NCBI RefSeq assembly: GCF_964213995.1
Contig: NC_135810.1
Span: 9,734,001 to 9,798,000 of the forward strand
DNA: 64,000 bases
From: Mustelus asterias
Taxonomy: Eukaryota
Direction of reading: 5' to 3'
The notes beneath the pieces are model-generated. The model ran no database searches. It had not been told where the DNA came from and worked only from the letters and a program-made list of their open reading frames with translations. Of the stretch, positions 47,571-60,487 are shown piece by piece (position 1 is the stretch's first letter; every line of letters begins with the position of its first letter). The translations under genes were made by a program, and so were the position numbers.

Positions 47571-48083
47571 TTATACGGAACACACCCTTAGTTGCAACTT
47601 GAGCACATTAAGTACCACATACAGAATTAGTCACTAATGTAAGCGAACATTTCAGAAATTAAAATTCTTGGAACAAGGCAAGTAAATCGGCATCTTAATA
47701 CATTTAGAAAGTAAAAGATGGAGCCAGGGTCATTGCACTTTCTGCTGCTGAGTGTCTATAGCCTACCTGACTATGGATTGCATCTCGTCAATAGATATTC
47801 CACTTAAATACCATTAGAATCATCCTTCATTTAGTGCAGCAGCACCTGAATCATAAATCTGGACTTCTGCACTTTTTCTCATCTGATAATTTGGCATTAA
47901 CCAGAAAACTCATTCTAGCTTTACATATTAGATGTGTTTTTACAAGCAGAAAGGACATAGGCTGGTTAATAAGTCTGGAACAGGGGTAGGAACTTATTTT
48001 TTTATGTAGTTATGTACATAAAACATAAATTCAGTTGGGAGCATTCCCTGTGCAATCTCCTGATGTTTGTGCGTGGAGGACAC

Positions 48084-48304
48084 TCATGTGTCTGTATAAT
48101 GGGACTCCAGGGTTACTGGGGAGTTTGAAGGTTCCGCAAGCTCGTTTGGAGAACGCAGTAATTTTGTTTCTGGATCTTTCCTGTGATTTATCTTTTCTCT
48201 GTGCTTCCTGGAGCTACTTGGATTGTGAGGGTCCCTTGGGGCAATCAACTCAGTTGCCTCTGTTTTTAATGTAGGGTTGTTACTGTCACCGGTGAGTATT
48301 ACCA
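48084..48304 (-). CDS. Candidate terminal coding exon of an unidentified gene
   Basis: Acceptor ttcctgtttattcaatcag, phase 1, open to TGA: VILTGDSNNPTLKTEATELIAPRDPHNPSSSRKHREKINHRKDPETKLLRSPNELAEPSNSPVTLESHYTDT*; non-repetitive sequence. Confidence 0.3.
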
Positions 48305-48339
48305 CTGATTGAATAAACAGGAAGCCAATAAGCTAATAG

Positions 48340-48342
48340 CCC

Positions 48343-48373
<31 letters not shown>
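48340..48373 (+). repeat. poly(C) tract followed by (CA)n
   Basis: Seen directly; lies in the candidate 178-nt intron. Confidence 0.9.
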
Positions 48374-48482
48374 CAATACTGAAAATGCAGAATGTCTAAT
48401 TCAGTTGAAGCATATTCCATTTAATTAAACTGCTTGCATGTTATTTCGACTTATTGAACTCAAAACTGTATTGCACACTTAC

Positions 48483-48632
48483 CGGGCAGCTGAAACTCTG
48501 AGCGATTGCTGGTTGTCTGAGCAGGAAGATTGAAATGCAAAACAATCAGCTTGCGGGGGCAAATGGATAGCCTCTTAATAGCCCTGTATGCCGGTGCCAT
48601 AGGATAAAACTGATGGTCACTTGGAGAATGAA
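48483..48632 (-). CDS. Candidate 150-nt internal coding exon (phase 1-1)
   Basis: Acceptor ggtaatttcag, consensus donor CCG/gtaagt; open frame HSPSDHQFYPMAPAYRAIKRLSICPRKLIVLHFNLPAQTTSNRSEFQLP joins in phase to 48084-48304. Confidence 0.3.
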
Positions 48633-49088
48633 CTGAAATTACCAGGATTGTTGCTTACAGCGCTTCCCTGTTTTCTGCCCTTTACAAGTAGTTAATGAAC
48701 CAATGAAACACTGAAAGATATTTTGGGCTAGAATTTATTGGATTTGTCTCATTCAGCTGCAACAACTTTGCTGGGAGTTTGGCAGAAAACCCATCTATGC
48801 TATTTCTATCATTGTTTCTCTGCTGAAATTCTATCCCGCTTTACTTGCTAAAGACCTATACGCCATTAATTAATTTCCAACAAAAACCTTACAGCTTGGG
48901 CTTTCTCTCGATACTTGCCTTCACAAGTAGATGACTGTTTCTATAATTAGACTAAATCCCATATGAACTGAAAGTTTATTCTGCGCTGTGAACAATTTAG
49001 CATGCTCAGGATTAACAATTAGTATCTCATAATGGAAAACTTCTTACTGGAGAATGCATGGATGGTCCGCCATGGGGAGCGAGGAACA

Positions 49089-49335
49089 GGGGCGGCACGG
49101 TGGCACTGTGGTTAGCACTGCTGCCTCACAGTGCCAGACCCGGCTTGGTTCGCTGTCTGTGTGGAGTTTGCGCGTTCTCCACATGTCTGTGCGGGTTTCC
49201 TCCGGTTTCCTCCCACAGTCTGAAAGACTTACTGGTTAGGTGCATTGACCTGAACAGGCAACTAGGGGAATTTCACAGTAACTTCATTGCAGTGCTAATG
49301 TAAGCCTTACATATGACTAATAAATAAATTTTACT
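49089..49335 (+). mobile_element. HE1-like SINE variant (Rex1-like tail), internally deleted
   Basis: Head plus tail gtaacttcattgcagtgctaatgtaagc..tgactaataaataa. Confidence 0.75.
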
Positions 49336-49635
49336 TTTAGCAGGCCAACGCATTCAAGGTGAATCACCCAGCCAGCATGACATCTGGAGTAATTTACAGA
49401 AAGCTAAAAGCACAGTAATATGCTAAAACAGCATAGAACTTAAAAATAACAGAACTAGAACCATTCCACATTAATTTATTTTAGAATGTTTCTTATCATC
49501 TCTAAAAAGGGACGGGATTTTTGAATGGTTTGCCCCATTTATGGATCTCTAATGTCACAGGTGGACAATATAATCTTTTACAGTTCAGGGCCTTTGAAGG
49601 CCCTGTTGTCAATCACATGGGGGTTAAAGACACAA

Positions 49636-49916
49636 TGGTTGAAATTTTGCCGCCACCCAATTCCGGGGCGGGCAAGGCTCGCAGAATGAAATTCTCTGTT
49701 GGCCTCGGGTGGGATTTTCCGAGCCGAGCCTGAGCGAGGTCATAAAATCCCGGTCAATATATTGGAATGGTTGCATGGGGGCGGGATTTTCTGGTTGTGC
49801 CGCGCTGCGGGACCAGAAATTGTCACCCAAAGTCAACTGACCTACTGCTGACCCGTCAAATTTTCCGCCTCACCTGCCACAATTTCCACGATGGGTGGGA
49901 CCAGAGAATCCGGCCC
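49636..49916. mobile_element. Two adjacent short Harbinger-like MITEs
   Basis: TIR pairs of the gggcgggattttc/gagaatccggccc type; similar 120-200 bp elements at about 8240-8378, 35452-35580, 46445-46597, 60960-61130, 61571-61697 and 63628-63830. Confidence 0.6.
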
Positions 49917-50237
49917 ATGGAGTGATAATGAACAATTAATTTCATATCATTTTAAAATCTGCCTTGAAAGCAAACACATGGCCAAAGCCACTTTATTTTG
50001 ACTAATGTTCAGGACAGTCAGTATTTCTTGGTTGCTGCTGACAATGAAGCACCAGGTTTAAGCACGGCACAGAGGAAGTTGTGTCCATTTTGGCCTTAAT
50101 ACGACTTCAATATGCATAAATGTAAGGCAATAGTTTTCCGATCTGCCAGTCTTGTGCTGTGTGTCCCAATGCTTGATAGGAATATGACCAAAATACATAG
50201 AGGTCACTCAGAGTTATTTAAACAATGGATCACTAAA

Positions 50238-50790
50238 AGTGGCACAATGTTGTGGTGGACCTCAATTGTGCCTTTGTCATATATGGACCACCGTTGTGTG
50301 TGCTTGTCATACCCGGACACATCCCCTTCCAGTTTGGCTCCTCCCCTCGGCACCTAGTATAAAGGTGGTTGTCTCCTCCCCCTTGTTCAGTCCAGGTCGG
50401 TTATTTGTTGGGATCTGCTCCTGATTCTGTTGTGAATAAAAGCCTACACTTGTATTGGCACACCGGTAGTCTTTCGCCTTATTGATAGCGCATCAAATGT
50501 TTAGCACTGCTGCCTCGCAGCGCCAGGGACCCGGGTTCGATTTCCGGCTTGGGTCACTGTCTGTGTGGAGTTTGCACATTCTCTCCATGTCTGCGTGGGT
50601 TTCCACTGGGTGTTCTGGTTTCCTCCCACACTCTGAATGATGTGCTGGTCAGGTGTTTTGGCTGTGTTAAATTCTCCCTCAGTGTACCCGAACAGGCACC
50701 GGAGTATGGCAACTAGGGGATTTTCATAGTAACTTCATTGTGGTGTTAATGTCAGCCTACATGTCGTACTAATAAATAAACTAAACTAAA
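50238..50790 (+). mobile_element. HE1-like SINE variant (Rex1-like tail) interrupted by a solo LTR
   Basis: Head gtggcacaatgt ends at 50250; ttagcactgctgcc resumes at 50501. Confidence 0.8.
50251..50495 (+). mobile_element. Solo LTR (Gypsy-like), 245 bp
   Basis: TGTGGTG...GCGCATCA termini, 5-bp TSD AATGT (50246-50250, 50496-50500), TATAAA about 50358, AATAAA about 50435. Confidence 0.88.
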
Positions 50791-51219
50791 TTGCGGGGCA
50801 TCAGCGTAGATGGAAGCACAACCATATAAAGGAGTTCCGCACCATAAGGGCCTGGAATCTATACAGGGCTAATGTGGGACTGAATACAGTACTGGCCACA
50901 CAGTGATGTGAGAAGGCGTTTGACCCAGCCGGGTCGGCTTAGTGTTAAGCAGAGGCATGTTCAGATCTACCTTCATGTGACTCTCGATCAACAGCATTGT
51001 TGGTGACACTTAAATGCCCTCTGAATTGGCCTAGCAAGCACTCAGTTCGAGAACAATTCAGGATGGGCAACAAATGTTGGCCCAGCCAGAGACACCCACA
51101 TCCTAGGAATGAATAAAGAATTCTAGATATAGAAATAGCTCCTTGTCTTTACCCTTCACTGTTTATATGTATTTAGTTATAAGTAGTTAGCAAAGACTTG
51201 TTTATAAATAGAAGCTACC

Positions 51220-51575
51220 GGGGCGGCACGGTAGCACAGTGGTTAGCACTGCTGCTTCACAGCTCCAGGGTCCCGGGTTCGATTCCTGGCTCGGGTCACT
51301 GTCTGTGTGGAGTTTGCACATTCTCCTCGTGTCTGCGTGGGTTTCCTCCGGGTGCTCCGGTTTCCTCCCACAGTCCAAAGATGTGCGGGTTAGGTTGATT
51401 GGCCAGGTTAAAAAATTGCCCCTTAGAGTCCTGAGATGCGTAAGTTAGAGGGATTAGTGGGTAAATATGTGGGGGTAGGGCCTGGGTGGGATTGTGGTCG
51501 GTGCAGACTCGATGGGCCGAATGGCCTCCTTCTGCACTGTAGGGTTTCTATGATTTCTATGATTTCTTTCTATGA
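51220..51575 (+). mobile_element. HE1 SINE (young subfamily)
   Basis: Full-length, CpG-rich, (tttctatga)n tail. Confidence 0.9.
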
Positions 51576-53639
51576 TAACAAAGACCTAATTACAGACATC
51601 TGTGACCAACACCATTACTACAATTTCAAGAAACAAACTGTGCAATTACAGATATCTCCACTTCTTGTTAGCCATTCAGTAGAACTTCCTTAAGGTATTT
51701 GTTGTGTCGCCAGCTTAAGTGACAAACTTAAAGGGACTTTAATGTTAGCATTCCCTTTCCTGAGCCTACAATACATTTTTTTTCTATTTGCGATATGCTG
51801 ATACCAACCTTTATGCATCTTCTGAGGGGTCAGAGCCTCGGAATAAGGAGTCAGCAATTCAGGACTGAGATGGGGAGAAATCTCCCCCCTCAAAGGGTCA
51901 TGAATCTTTGAAATCCTCTGCCACAGAGAGTTGTGCATGCTCAGTATCCAGAATGAGACGGAGTTCAAAAGATTTTTGAGTACTCGAAGAATTAAGGACT
52001 GTGGGGATGGTTGCAGATAGTTGAACTTGCAGTGGGTGATTAGCTATGCTCTTGTTCAATAATGGAGTAGGCACAAAACAGCCAAATAGCTTACTGCAGC
52101 ACACATCTCTTACATTTTTAGTTGAAAGAAATTGCAGCAGGAATATGAGATAACAAAAGCCAACAGAAAAAGAAATCAGACCTCTTCACTCTTGTAATAT
52201 ATAAATAGCATCTGTACCTCTTGACCCTCAACACTTAGACTGAGATGGTTCAAGAAGGTGGCCCACCACCATCTTCTAAAAGCAATTAGGGATGGACAAC
52301 TAATGCTGGCCTTGTCAGCAACATTCACATCTCGTGAGTGAATAAAAAAAAAATAATCTTTGGTTCCTGGATAACCATAGCTACCTCTATTATCCAATTA
52401 CAATAGGTTGATAGGTATATAACTATTATTCGAGCACAAAGGATTTCAGCATCATTAATAAGGGCACTGCATCAGGATCCCTTTCAGTAACATGAAGATT
52501 AAAGTGTGGTTTTAAGCAACATCTGATAGAATTGAAGCTGAGATGAGAGGTGCCAGCTATGTGACCCTCATTAGGTGTAGATTGTTGAAACGCGTGGAGG
52601 AAACCATACAGAGAGCTTTCCATGGCTGAGTGAATGGCTCTAGTCAGTGCTTGACTAGTTAAGTGCTACTTAGCCACTTCAGACATGGAAAATGAGAATT
52701 ATAACTGGAAAATTCTGATTGGCAGCTTTGGTGTTGATGAGGGGATAAAATCACCCAGAAGAAATAGACTTCAAGTTATTAAATAAAATGGGAGCGCATT
52801 GCGATTTCTGAATGAAAATGTTTGTCTTAGAACGTTGCAGTGTTCTTCTGATGTGCAATTCCCCAGAATATTTTGCATTTTTGCCCACCATGTGGGGGCC
52901 ATGGGTGCCATTAGGATTAACAGCAAGTCTACAAGATTATCAGGTCATTATCACATTGTGGTTTGTGGAAATTTGCGGCATGCAAAATGACTTTTTCCCA
53001 GGGTGGAGGGGTTGAGTACAAGAGGGCACAGGGTTAAGGTGAGAGGTAGTATGTTTAGGGGAGACAGGCGGGGAAGGTTTTTCATGCAGTATTGGGTGGC
53101 TGGAATGCACTGCCAGTGGAGGTGGTGGAAGCAGGCATGTTAGCAACAGTCAAGGTGTATCGTGATAGACATGGGAGGCGAACAGAGGGATAGAAACCAT
53201 GTATTGGCACAGGCTTGGTGGGCCAAAGGTCCTGTTTTTTATCCTTGCTGACTCCTGCATTTCTTACATTGTAACAGTTACCACAAAATAAAAACACTTA
53301 ACTGACTTCCTGAAGTTGTGAAAGGTGCTATATAAATGCAGGTATTTCATTCATTTCACGTCCTCGTTGAACTGCACTGAGTGTGTGATGTCACATTCAG
53401 AACATTGGAGCCATTACTTTCCTGCAGCTAACAAGGCAGATAATCTGAATGCCTTCAATCAGATCTGATTGGATATTTGAATTCACCGTGAGCAATTGGT
53501 TTCGCTGACACATAATAGTATTTGCAGTTTTCCTGTTTGGGTAATTGAGTGAATAACTATTTCAATAGTTACAGTATGTACTTTCTGTGAAGAAGCTGCC
53601 TTTCCTGCTGGACCTGCTTACTTAGTCACTTTGTTGCTG

Positions 53640-54283
53640 GATGTATCCTATTCAGCGGGATCCCCCCACCCCCACCGATTGTCCCCCCAGAGGTCCCACC
53701 CCCTCAGACCCCGCCTCCATCAGGCCCCTCCCCCTTGGTACTGCTCCATGCCCAGTGGGCAGTGCCAAGGTGCCCCCTGGGCATTGGCCCCTTTGCTCCT
53801 TGGGGGGCCCAGGCTGGCAATGCAAAGGTGGCAATTCCTAGAGGGCATTGCACACTTACCCCTGGCCCTTTGGTGGGCCTCGATGGGCCCCCCTTTCACT
53901 CCAGCAGGGTCGGGCCGCCCGCTCTCCGCAAGTGGGGAGTTACTTGTGAACCCTGCTGGAGTGAACCACTCTTGGCTGTGGGCGGAGGGGGGGGGGGGGG
54001 GTGCGGGGGGGGGGGGTTGGCGGGAGAGGCTCGCGGGCCCAGACATTTCATTCCCAAACCCGCTAATGCTAGTTAAAATCTATTAAAATTAGAAGCTGCA
54101 GACATTATGCAGCTCTGCGCTGATTTCCAGCCTGGAGCTGATGGCGCTGGAAATCTGGAGCTGGGAGACACACGGTGGCCTGGACACCCATCGCCAATGG
54201 CGTGAATCGGCCGCCATAAGAGTCCTCGGCCCACTGAGTTAAAAAAGCTGGGCAACTGAATGGGAGAATCACGCCCGCCCCCC
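53640..54283. mobile_element. GC-rich Harbinger-like non-autonomous element remnant
   Basis: gggcagtgccaagg-type internal repeats as in 36119-37128; right end gggagaatcacgccc. A similar remnant lies at about 59306-59903. Confidence 0.5.
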
Positions 54284-55422
54284 AGTGTATTGTACCATAA
54301 AATGTTAGAAGTCACGATGGAAATTGTTATGGAAATTGAAATAATCCACCATTGGGCAGAAGTAGAGGTCAGTTTGAGTCAATGGCTAATTAATGGTTAT
54401 TTTTGTTTATACTTCATCCTTGATGAATTTATTTGACGCCACTTTGCATTTATATAGCGCCTTTAATGTAATAAGATGTCCCAAGGCATTTATAAATACA
54501 TACATCTTTCTATTTTACAATTGTCGATGTTGAGAATCTAGTACGTGCTTGGCATTTGCAGATCATTTTCTTGTGCTTGAACTGAAGCTGTTGAGTTGGG
54601 AGTGTTCCCATGCAAATGAGAGAAACTGGTGTAATTTTCAATACTGGAAAATTTGCATCTATTTAATTAACACATTTGTCATTAATGCCTGGCAGTCGTT
54701 GGTGTTAATAGTGTGCAGAACATAGTAACAGCATAAAAATCTGCAAAAAAAAAATGTACCAAATAACCTGCCACTTGGAGTTTTAAATATAAAATTAAAG
54801 CAAAAAAAAATATGAACAGGGATTTGTGAGGACAGATTCTAAAGTCTACTGTATCCCGCATTGGACTGCGATACAACCCAGCCAGCAATGCGCATATTTG
54901 TTGAAATTCTTAAAACAGAGCTCATTGGATTCTCTCCTAATTTTGTTTTTTCTACATATGGAGATGGAGCATAAACAATAAAAAGACCCATTAAGTTCCT
55001 TCTGTTGTCCCCACAAAGAGAGCTAATATAGTGCGTCAGCCCTGAGACTGCTAGCATCATTAGTTATTATGCAGAACACACAAACATTAATATTCAGATT
55101 CAGCACACTTGTTTCCTTGCTAAAATGCCTCAAAACAGCTATTTGTGCTTAAAGTGTGAAAAATGTACACCGCTAACACCTGTCATGCTTTTAGCTACAC
55201 CCCCTGAGCAGTTAAACAATATTTTCATTGACATACATTTAACTCGTTCGTAGATCAAGTATGGGATTGACAACCACTAATGCATCTTTGTGCTGAGTGA
55301 TTACAATTAAATTCCTTAAACGTGTGCCAGCTAAGCAGATAATAATCCTAATATCGCATTGTTAATCATACTCTGACTCTTACATTCCTGGATTGTTCTA
55401 TTTCTTTGCAATCACGGGCATT

Positions 55423-56432
55423 CATAGAATTATAGAATCGTACAGTGCAGGAGACAGCCTTCTGATTCGGCCCACCGAGTCCAAACCAACCACAATCCCA
55501 CCCAGGCCCTATCCCCATAGCCCCCATGCATTTACCCTAGCTAGTCCCTCTGACACTAAGACGCAATTTAGCATGGCCAATCTACCTAACCCGCACATCT
55601 TTGGACTGTGGAAGGAAACGGGAGCACCCGGAGGAAACCCACACAGACACAGGGGGAATGTGCAAACTCCACGGTAGCACAGTGATTAGCACTGCTGCTT
55701 CACAGCTCCAGGGACTTGGGTTCGATTCCCGGCTTGGGTCACTGTCATCGTAGAAATCATAGAAACCCTACAGTGCAGAAGGAGGCCATTCGCCCCATCG
55801 AGTCTGCACCGACCACAATCCCACCCAGGCCCTACCCCCACATATTTACCCGCGAATCCCTCTAACCTACGCATTTTAGGATTCTAAGGGGCAATTTTTA
55901 ATCTGGCCAATCAACCTAACCCACACATCTTTGGACTGTGGGGGGAAACCGGAGCACCCGGAGAAAACCCACGCAGACACGAGGAGAATGTGCAAACTCC
56001 ACACAGACAGTGACCCGAGCCAGGAATCGAACCCAGGACCCTGGAGCTGTGAAGCAGCAGTGCTAACCACTGCGCTACCATGCCGCCCTGTCTGTGTGGA
56101 GTTTGCACATTCTCCTCGTGTCTGCGTGGGTTTCCTCCGGGTGCTCCGGTTTCCTCCCACAGTCCAAAGATGTGCGGGTTAAGTTGATTGGCCATGCTAA
56201 AATTGCCCCTTAGTGTCCTGAGATGCGTAGGTTAGAGGGATTAGCGGGTAAATGTGTAGGGATATGGGGGTAGGGCCTGGGTGGGATTGTGGTCTGTGCA
56301 GATGGGCCAGATGGCCTCTTTCTGCACTGTAGGGTTTCTATGATTTCCACCAGATAGTGACCCAAGCTGGGACTCGAACCCAGGTCCCTGGTGCTGTGAG
56401 GCAGCAGTGCTAACCACTGTGCCACCGTGCCA
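55423..56432. mobile_element. Triple-nested HE1 SINEs (- / + / -)
   Basis: Outer minus copy 55423-55671 and 56350-56432; middle plus copy 55672-55746 and about 56089-56349; inner full-length minus copy about 55747-56088. Confidence 0.85.
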
Positions 56433-56759
56433 TGTGAACTAGACTTTCCATGTTTCTGGCTGGATGTGCACTAAGTGATATCAGTGCAGATTTTTGAAGG
56501 TGTGGGCTGTAATCATACAATCCCTACAGTGCAGAAGGAGGCCATTTGACCCATTGAGCCTGTGCCGGCAACACAAATCTTTGGAGATGGCTGACACCTT
56601 TGAACAATGTTAAACAAAGGCATGTGGGAACCATTTTAAAAATTATTTCATGGAATGTGTCCATTGCTGTCTACGTCAGCATTTATTGCCCGTCCCTGAT
56701 TGCCCTTGAGGAGCTGTTGAGCCACCTTCGTGAACCGTTGCAGTCCGTGTGTTGTGGGC

Positions 56760-57005
56760 CCGGAACCAGTAACCCCACATATTTACCCTCCTAGTCCCCC
56801 TGACACTAAAGGGCAATTTAGCATGGCCAATCAGCCTAACCCGCCCGTCTTCGGATTGTGGAAGGAAACCGGAGCACCCGAAGGAAACCCATGCAGACAC
56901 GGGGAGAACGTGCAAACTCCACATGGACAGCGACCTAAGGCTGGAATTTAACCCAGGTCCCTGGCACTGTGAGGTAGCAATGCGAACCACTGTGCCACCG
57001 TGCCA
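56760..57005 (-). mobile_element. HE1 SINE
   Basis: Reverse-complement HE1. Confidence 0.8.
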
Positions 57006-57085
57006 TCCTGAGGTTTAATCTGTTACTCATGGATGAAGGAGTGGAGTAAGGGGAAAGTATGGGACTTCTGCTGCTTTCACTACTT

Positions 57086-57241
57086 AAGATGTGGAGATGC
57101 TGGCGTTGGACTGGGGTAAGCACAGTAAGAAGTCTCACAACGCCAGGTTAAAGTCCAACAGGTTTATTTGGTAGCAAATACCATTTGCTACCAAATAAAC
57201 CTGCTGGACTTTAACCTGGTGTTGTGAGACTTCTTACTGTG
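57086..57241. mobile_element. Penelope-like palindromic insertion lacking the hammerhead core
   Basis: About 59-bp arms (57121-57179 / 57183-57241), same family as 29495-29717; 10-bp TSD TTCACTACTT at 57076-57085 and 57242-57251. Confidence 0.8.
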
Positions 57242-57482
57242 TTCACTACTTCAACCAGGGTAACAGGCTTCTGTTTTATTTTTCTTCATGATGTACCTTG
57301 AGACATTCTTCCCTCTGAAAGTCACTACCTGCTTGCAAGCAGCTATTGCCATTTTAATGGGAAGTTAAAGTTTGGATTGCAAAGAAATCTCAGCAGTGTA
57401 GAAATCTCGTGTTGTGGAGCAGTAGAACAGCATTGTGGTAGATAATTACAATTTAGCTATGGAGCTACTGTTCCAAGGATTT

Positions 57483-58042
57483 GGGGCAGCATGGCGGCAC
57501 AGTGGTTAGCACTGCTGCCCAACAGCGCCAGGAAACAGACATAGAAACATAGAAGATAGGAGCAGGAGGAGGCCATTCATCATGATCCATGGCTGATTGT
57601 CCAACTCAGTCGCCTAATCCTGCTTTCTTCCCATAACCTTTGATCCCACTCTCCCCAAGCGCTACATCCAGCCGCCTCATGAATACATTCAATGTTTTGG
57701 CATCAACTACTTCCTGTGATAATGAATTCCACAGGCTCACCACTCTTTGGGTGAAGAAAAGTCTCCTCACCTCCATCCTAAATGGTGGAACCTGGGTTCA
57801 ATACCAGCCTGGGGTCACTGTCTGTGTGGAGTTTGCACATTCTCCCTGTGTCTGTGTGGGTTTCCTCCGGGTGCTCCGGTTTCCTCCCACAGTCTAAAGA
57901 TGTGTTGGTTAGATTGATTAGCCATGCTAAATTGCCCCTTAGTGTCAGGGGGATTAGCAGGATAAATACATGGAGTTACAGGGATCGGACCTGGGTGGGA
58001 TTGTTGTCGGTGCAGGCTCGATGGTCTGAGTGGCCTTTTTCT
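57483..58042 (+). mobile_element. HE1 SINE interrupted by a minus-strand CR1 3' fragment (about 57533-57783)
   Basis: Head stops at ...cagcgccagg and resumes as ggaacctgggttcaa at about 57787. Confidence 0.8.
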
Positions 58043-59039
58043 GCACTGTAGGAATTCCATGAGTATGTGAGATTATCTGGCTAAGTACTCAGAGAAACCC
58101 AACCCGCAGCATGCATAGAGGAAATGGCTATTACTGTTATATCATGTGATTCCTAGAAGTTTGAAATAATCAAATGCTACAGCTTCATTGAACATATTTC
58201 TCAGATCTTACAGTGTGCTGCAGACTGATACATTACTACTCAGTAATGCAGTGGTGAGTGATGTGGCACTCTGGATGCTTTATGCAGGAACATATCGGGT
58301 GGGATTTTCCAGCCGTGTTCGCTCCAAAACTGGAAAACCCTATCTGAGGTCAACGGACCTGTCCGCCCCTCACCCGCCTTGCTTCTCCCCTTCCATCCCT
58401 CTCCACAGCACCTCCAGGAAGGCTGATAACTCTTTCAATTATTTTTGCAAAAGGTTAGCAATCTCCTCACAGCAGATTTGGACACTTCCATTTAAATTGG
58501 AGTGAAAGCCGTTAGGTGCTGCAAGCCCTTCTGATGTCTCTTACGTCTGTGGCACTGACAATCCCATTGTTTGAGATATCGACAGTGCAAGGTGAATATT
58601 TTAAATAGAAACAGGAGCTGGGATCATAACATCAGACAAGTCCGGGTCTCCACTGTGCTGCCACGTGATGTACCCCATGTGGGCAGAATGGGAAAAATCG
58701 CTCCATCGTTTCCGAATCACATTGGAATGATATAACATGATAACATTGTACCTTCATCACTTAGAGCTGGCAGCCGATGAGAAAGAAGGATGTTGACCTG
58801 ATCAGATCCGCAAGGTAAGCCTAAACACTAATACTTTTATCGAGTGTGATAAGCGACATATGCATGCCACAAAGCATTTCCTCACACCCTGCTAAACACT
58901 GACTGCTGCGCCACGCAAGGCACTAAGCAAATACTATCTTAACACTTGGATAAGCAAAATACTGTGAATGTTGGAATCTGAAACAAGAACAGAGGCCTCC
59001 ATTTCCCCTCCCACAACACAACACCTGTCTTTTGTTCTT

Positions 59040-59305
59040 ATAGGTTTAAGGTGCGAGGGGCAATGTTTAAAGGGGATGTACGAGGCAAGTTTTTTACACA
59101 GAGGGAGGTGAGTGCCTGAAACTCGCTGCCGGGGAATGTAGTGGAAGCAAATACGATAGTGACTATTAAGGGGCGTCTTGACAAATACATGAATAGGATG
59201 GGAATAGAGGGATATGGTCCCTGGAAGGGTAGGGGTTTTTAGTTCAGTCGGGCAGCATGGACGGTGCAGGCTTGGAGGGCCGAAGGGCCTGTTCCTGTGC
59301 TGTAA
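59040..59305 (+). mobile_element. CR1 LINE 3' fragment
   Basis: ..RGKFFTQR....LPG.VVEA..FK..LD and 3' UTR ggagggccgaagggcctgttcctgtgctgt. Confidence 0.75.
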
Positions 59306-60196
59306 TTTGGCACTCCCAAAGGGGCAAAGTGCTTATGCCCAGGGGCACCTTGGCACTGCCCATCAGGCATCGGGCAGTGTCAAGGGGGTGGGGCCTATTG
59401 TGGATGGGGCCTAGGGCTGATCGGTGAGGGTGGGAGGGGGGTCCTGCTGCCACTCTGTAGACAGGATCGGTCTGGGATGGAGGGAGGGCAGCGATTGGGG
59501 CAGGCTGGGGGGGGTTGTGGGGGGATCGCCACTGCTGGGTATGGGGGGCTGGACATCAGGGCACTCTGGGACGAGTGGGGGTCAGGGCTGGCCTGGGAAT
59601 TGCTGTGGGGGCCGCGATCAGGCTATGGGGGAGCTGGAGGGGCAGCAGTTGCAGGGGTCCCAGGCTGACCAGCGATCGAGCTGGCCAGCAAATGGGAGTT
59701 TGACAGATCGGGGCCACTGTGCATGCGCAGAGTTCCAGAACTGTTGAATAGGCCCTGCCCCCTGGATTTTTAATGAGATTCATGACTGGGACCTCCGCAA
59801 TGCACAGAGTGCGGAGACTCAGGTGAGAAGCTGAACTGAGAAAACAGTTGGGATTTAGAACAGTTTTCCTGCCAATTCAGTGCTTTTTGGGAGAATCATG
59901 ACCAATATTTCAGAGGCATCCTTGTCCAGGTTTCACATACTCGAGGATTAACTTAATGGAATCCATGGAATGATGCCTTCATTGCTGGCTTCAAGTCTCC
60001 TGCCATCCAGGTCAGAACTGAAGGACAAAAGGGACATGGTTGTAATAGATATCTCACTGTAGACACATAGCACTCAAAGCCTCACAGTTCAAGGGACCTT
60101 AAAAATCCCAGAAAACAAGCAGGATCAGTGACCGCAACATCGGAGATGGTGGAAGCAGTTGTAGGACCACCTCATGAGCAAGCATGGAACGTACAT

Positions 60197-60487
60197 GGGC
60201 GGCACGGTGGCACAGTGGTTAGCATTGCTGCCTCACAGCGCCAGGGACCCGGGTTCAATTCTGGCCTCAGGTGGCTGTCTGTGTGGAGTTTGCACATTCT
60301 CCCCGTGTCTGTATGGGTTTTCTCCAGGTGCTCCGGTTTCCTCCCACAGTCCAAAGATGTGTGGGTTAGGTTGATTGGCCATGCCAGCTTGCCCGTTAGT
60401 GTCAGGGGGATAGGGCCTGGGTGGGATTGTGGTCTGTGCAGACTTGATGGGCCAAATGGCTTCCTTCTGCACTGCAATGATTCTATG
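60197..60487 (+). mobile_element. HE1 SINE
   Basis: Full head, V-domain and tail. Confidence 0.85.
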
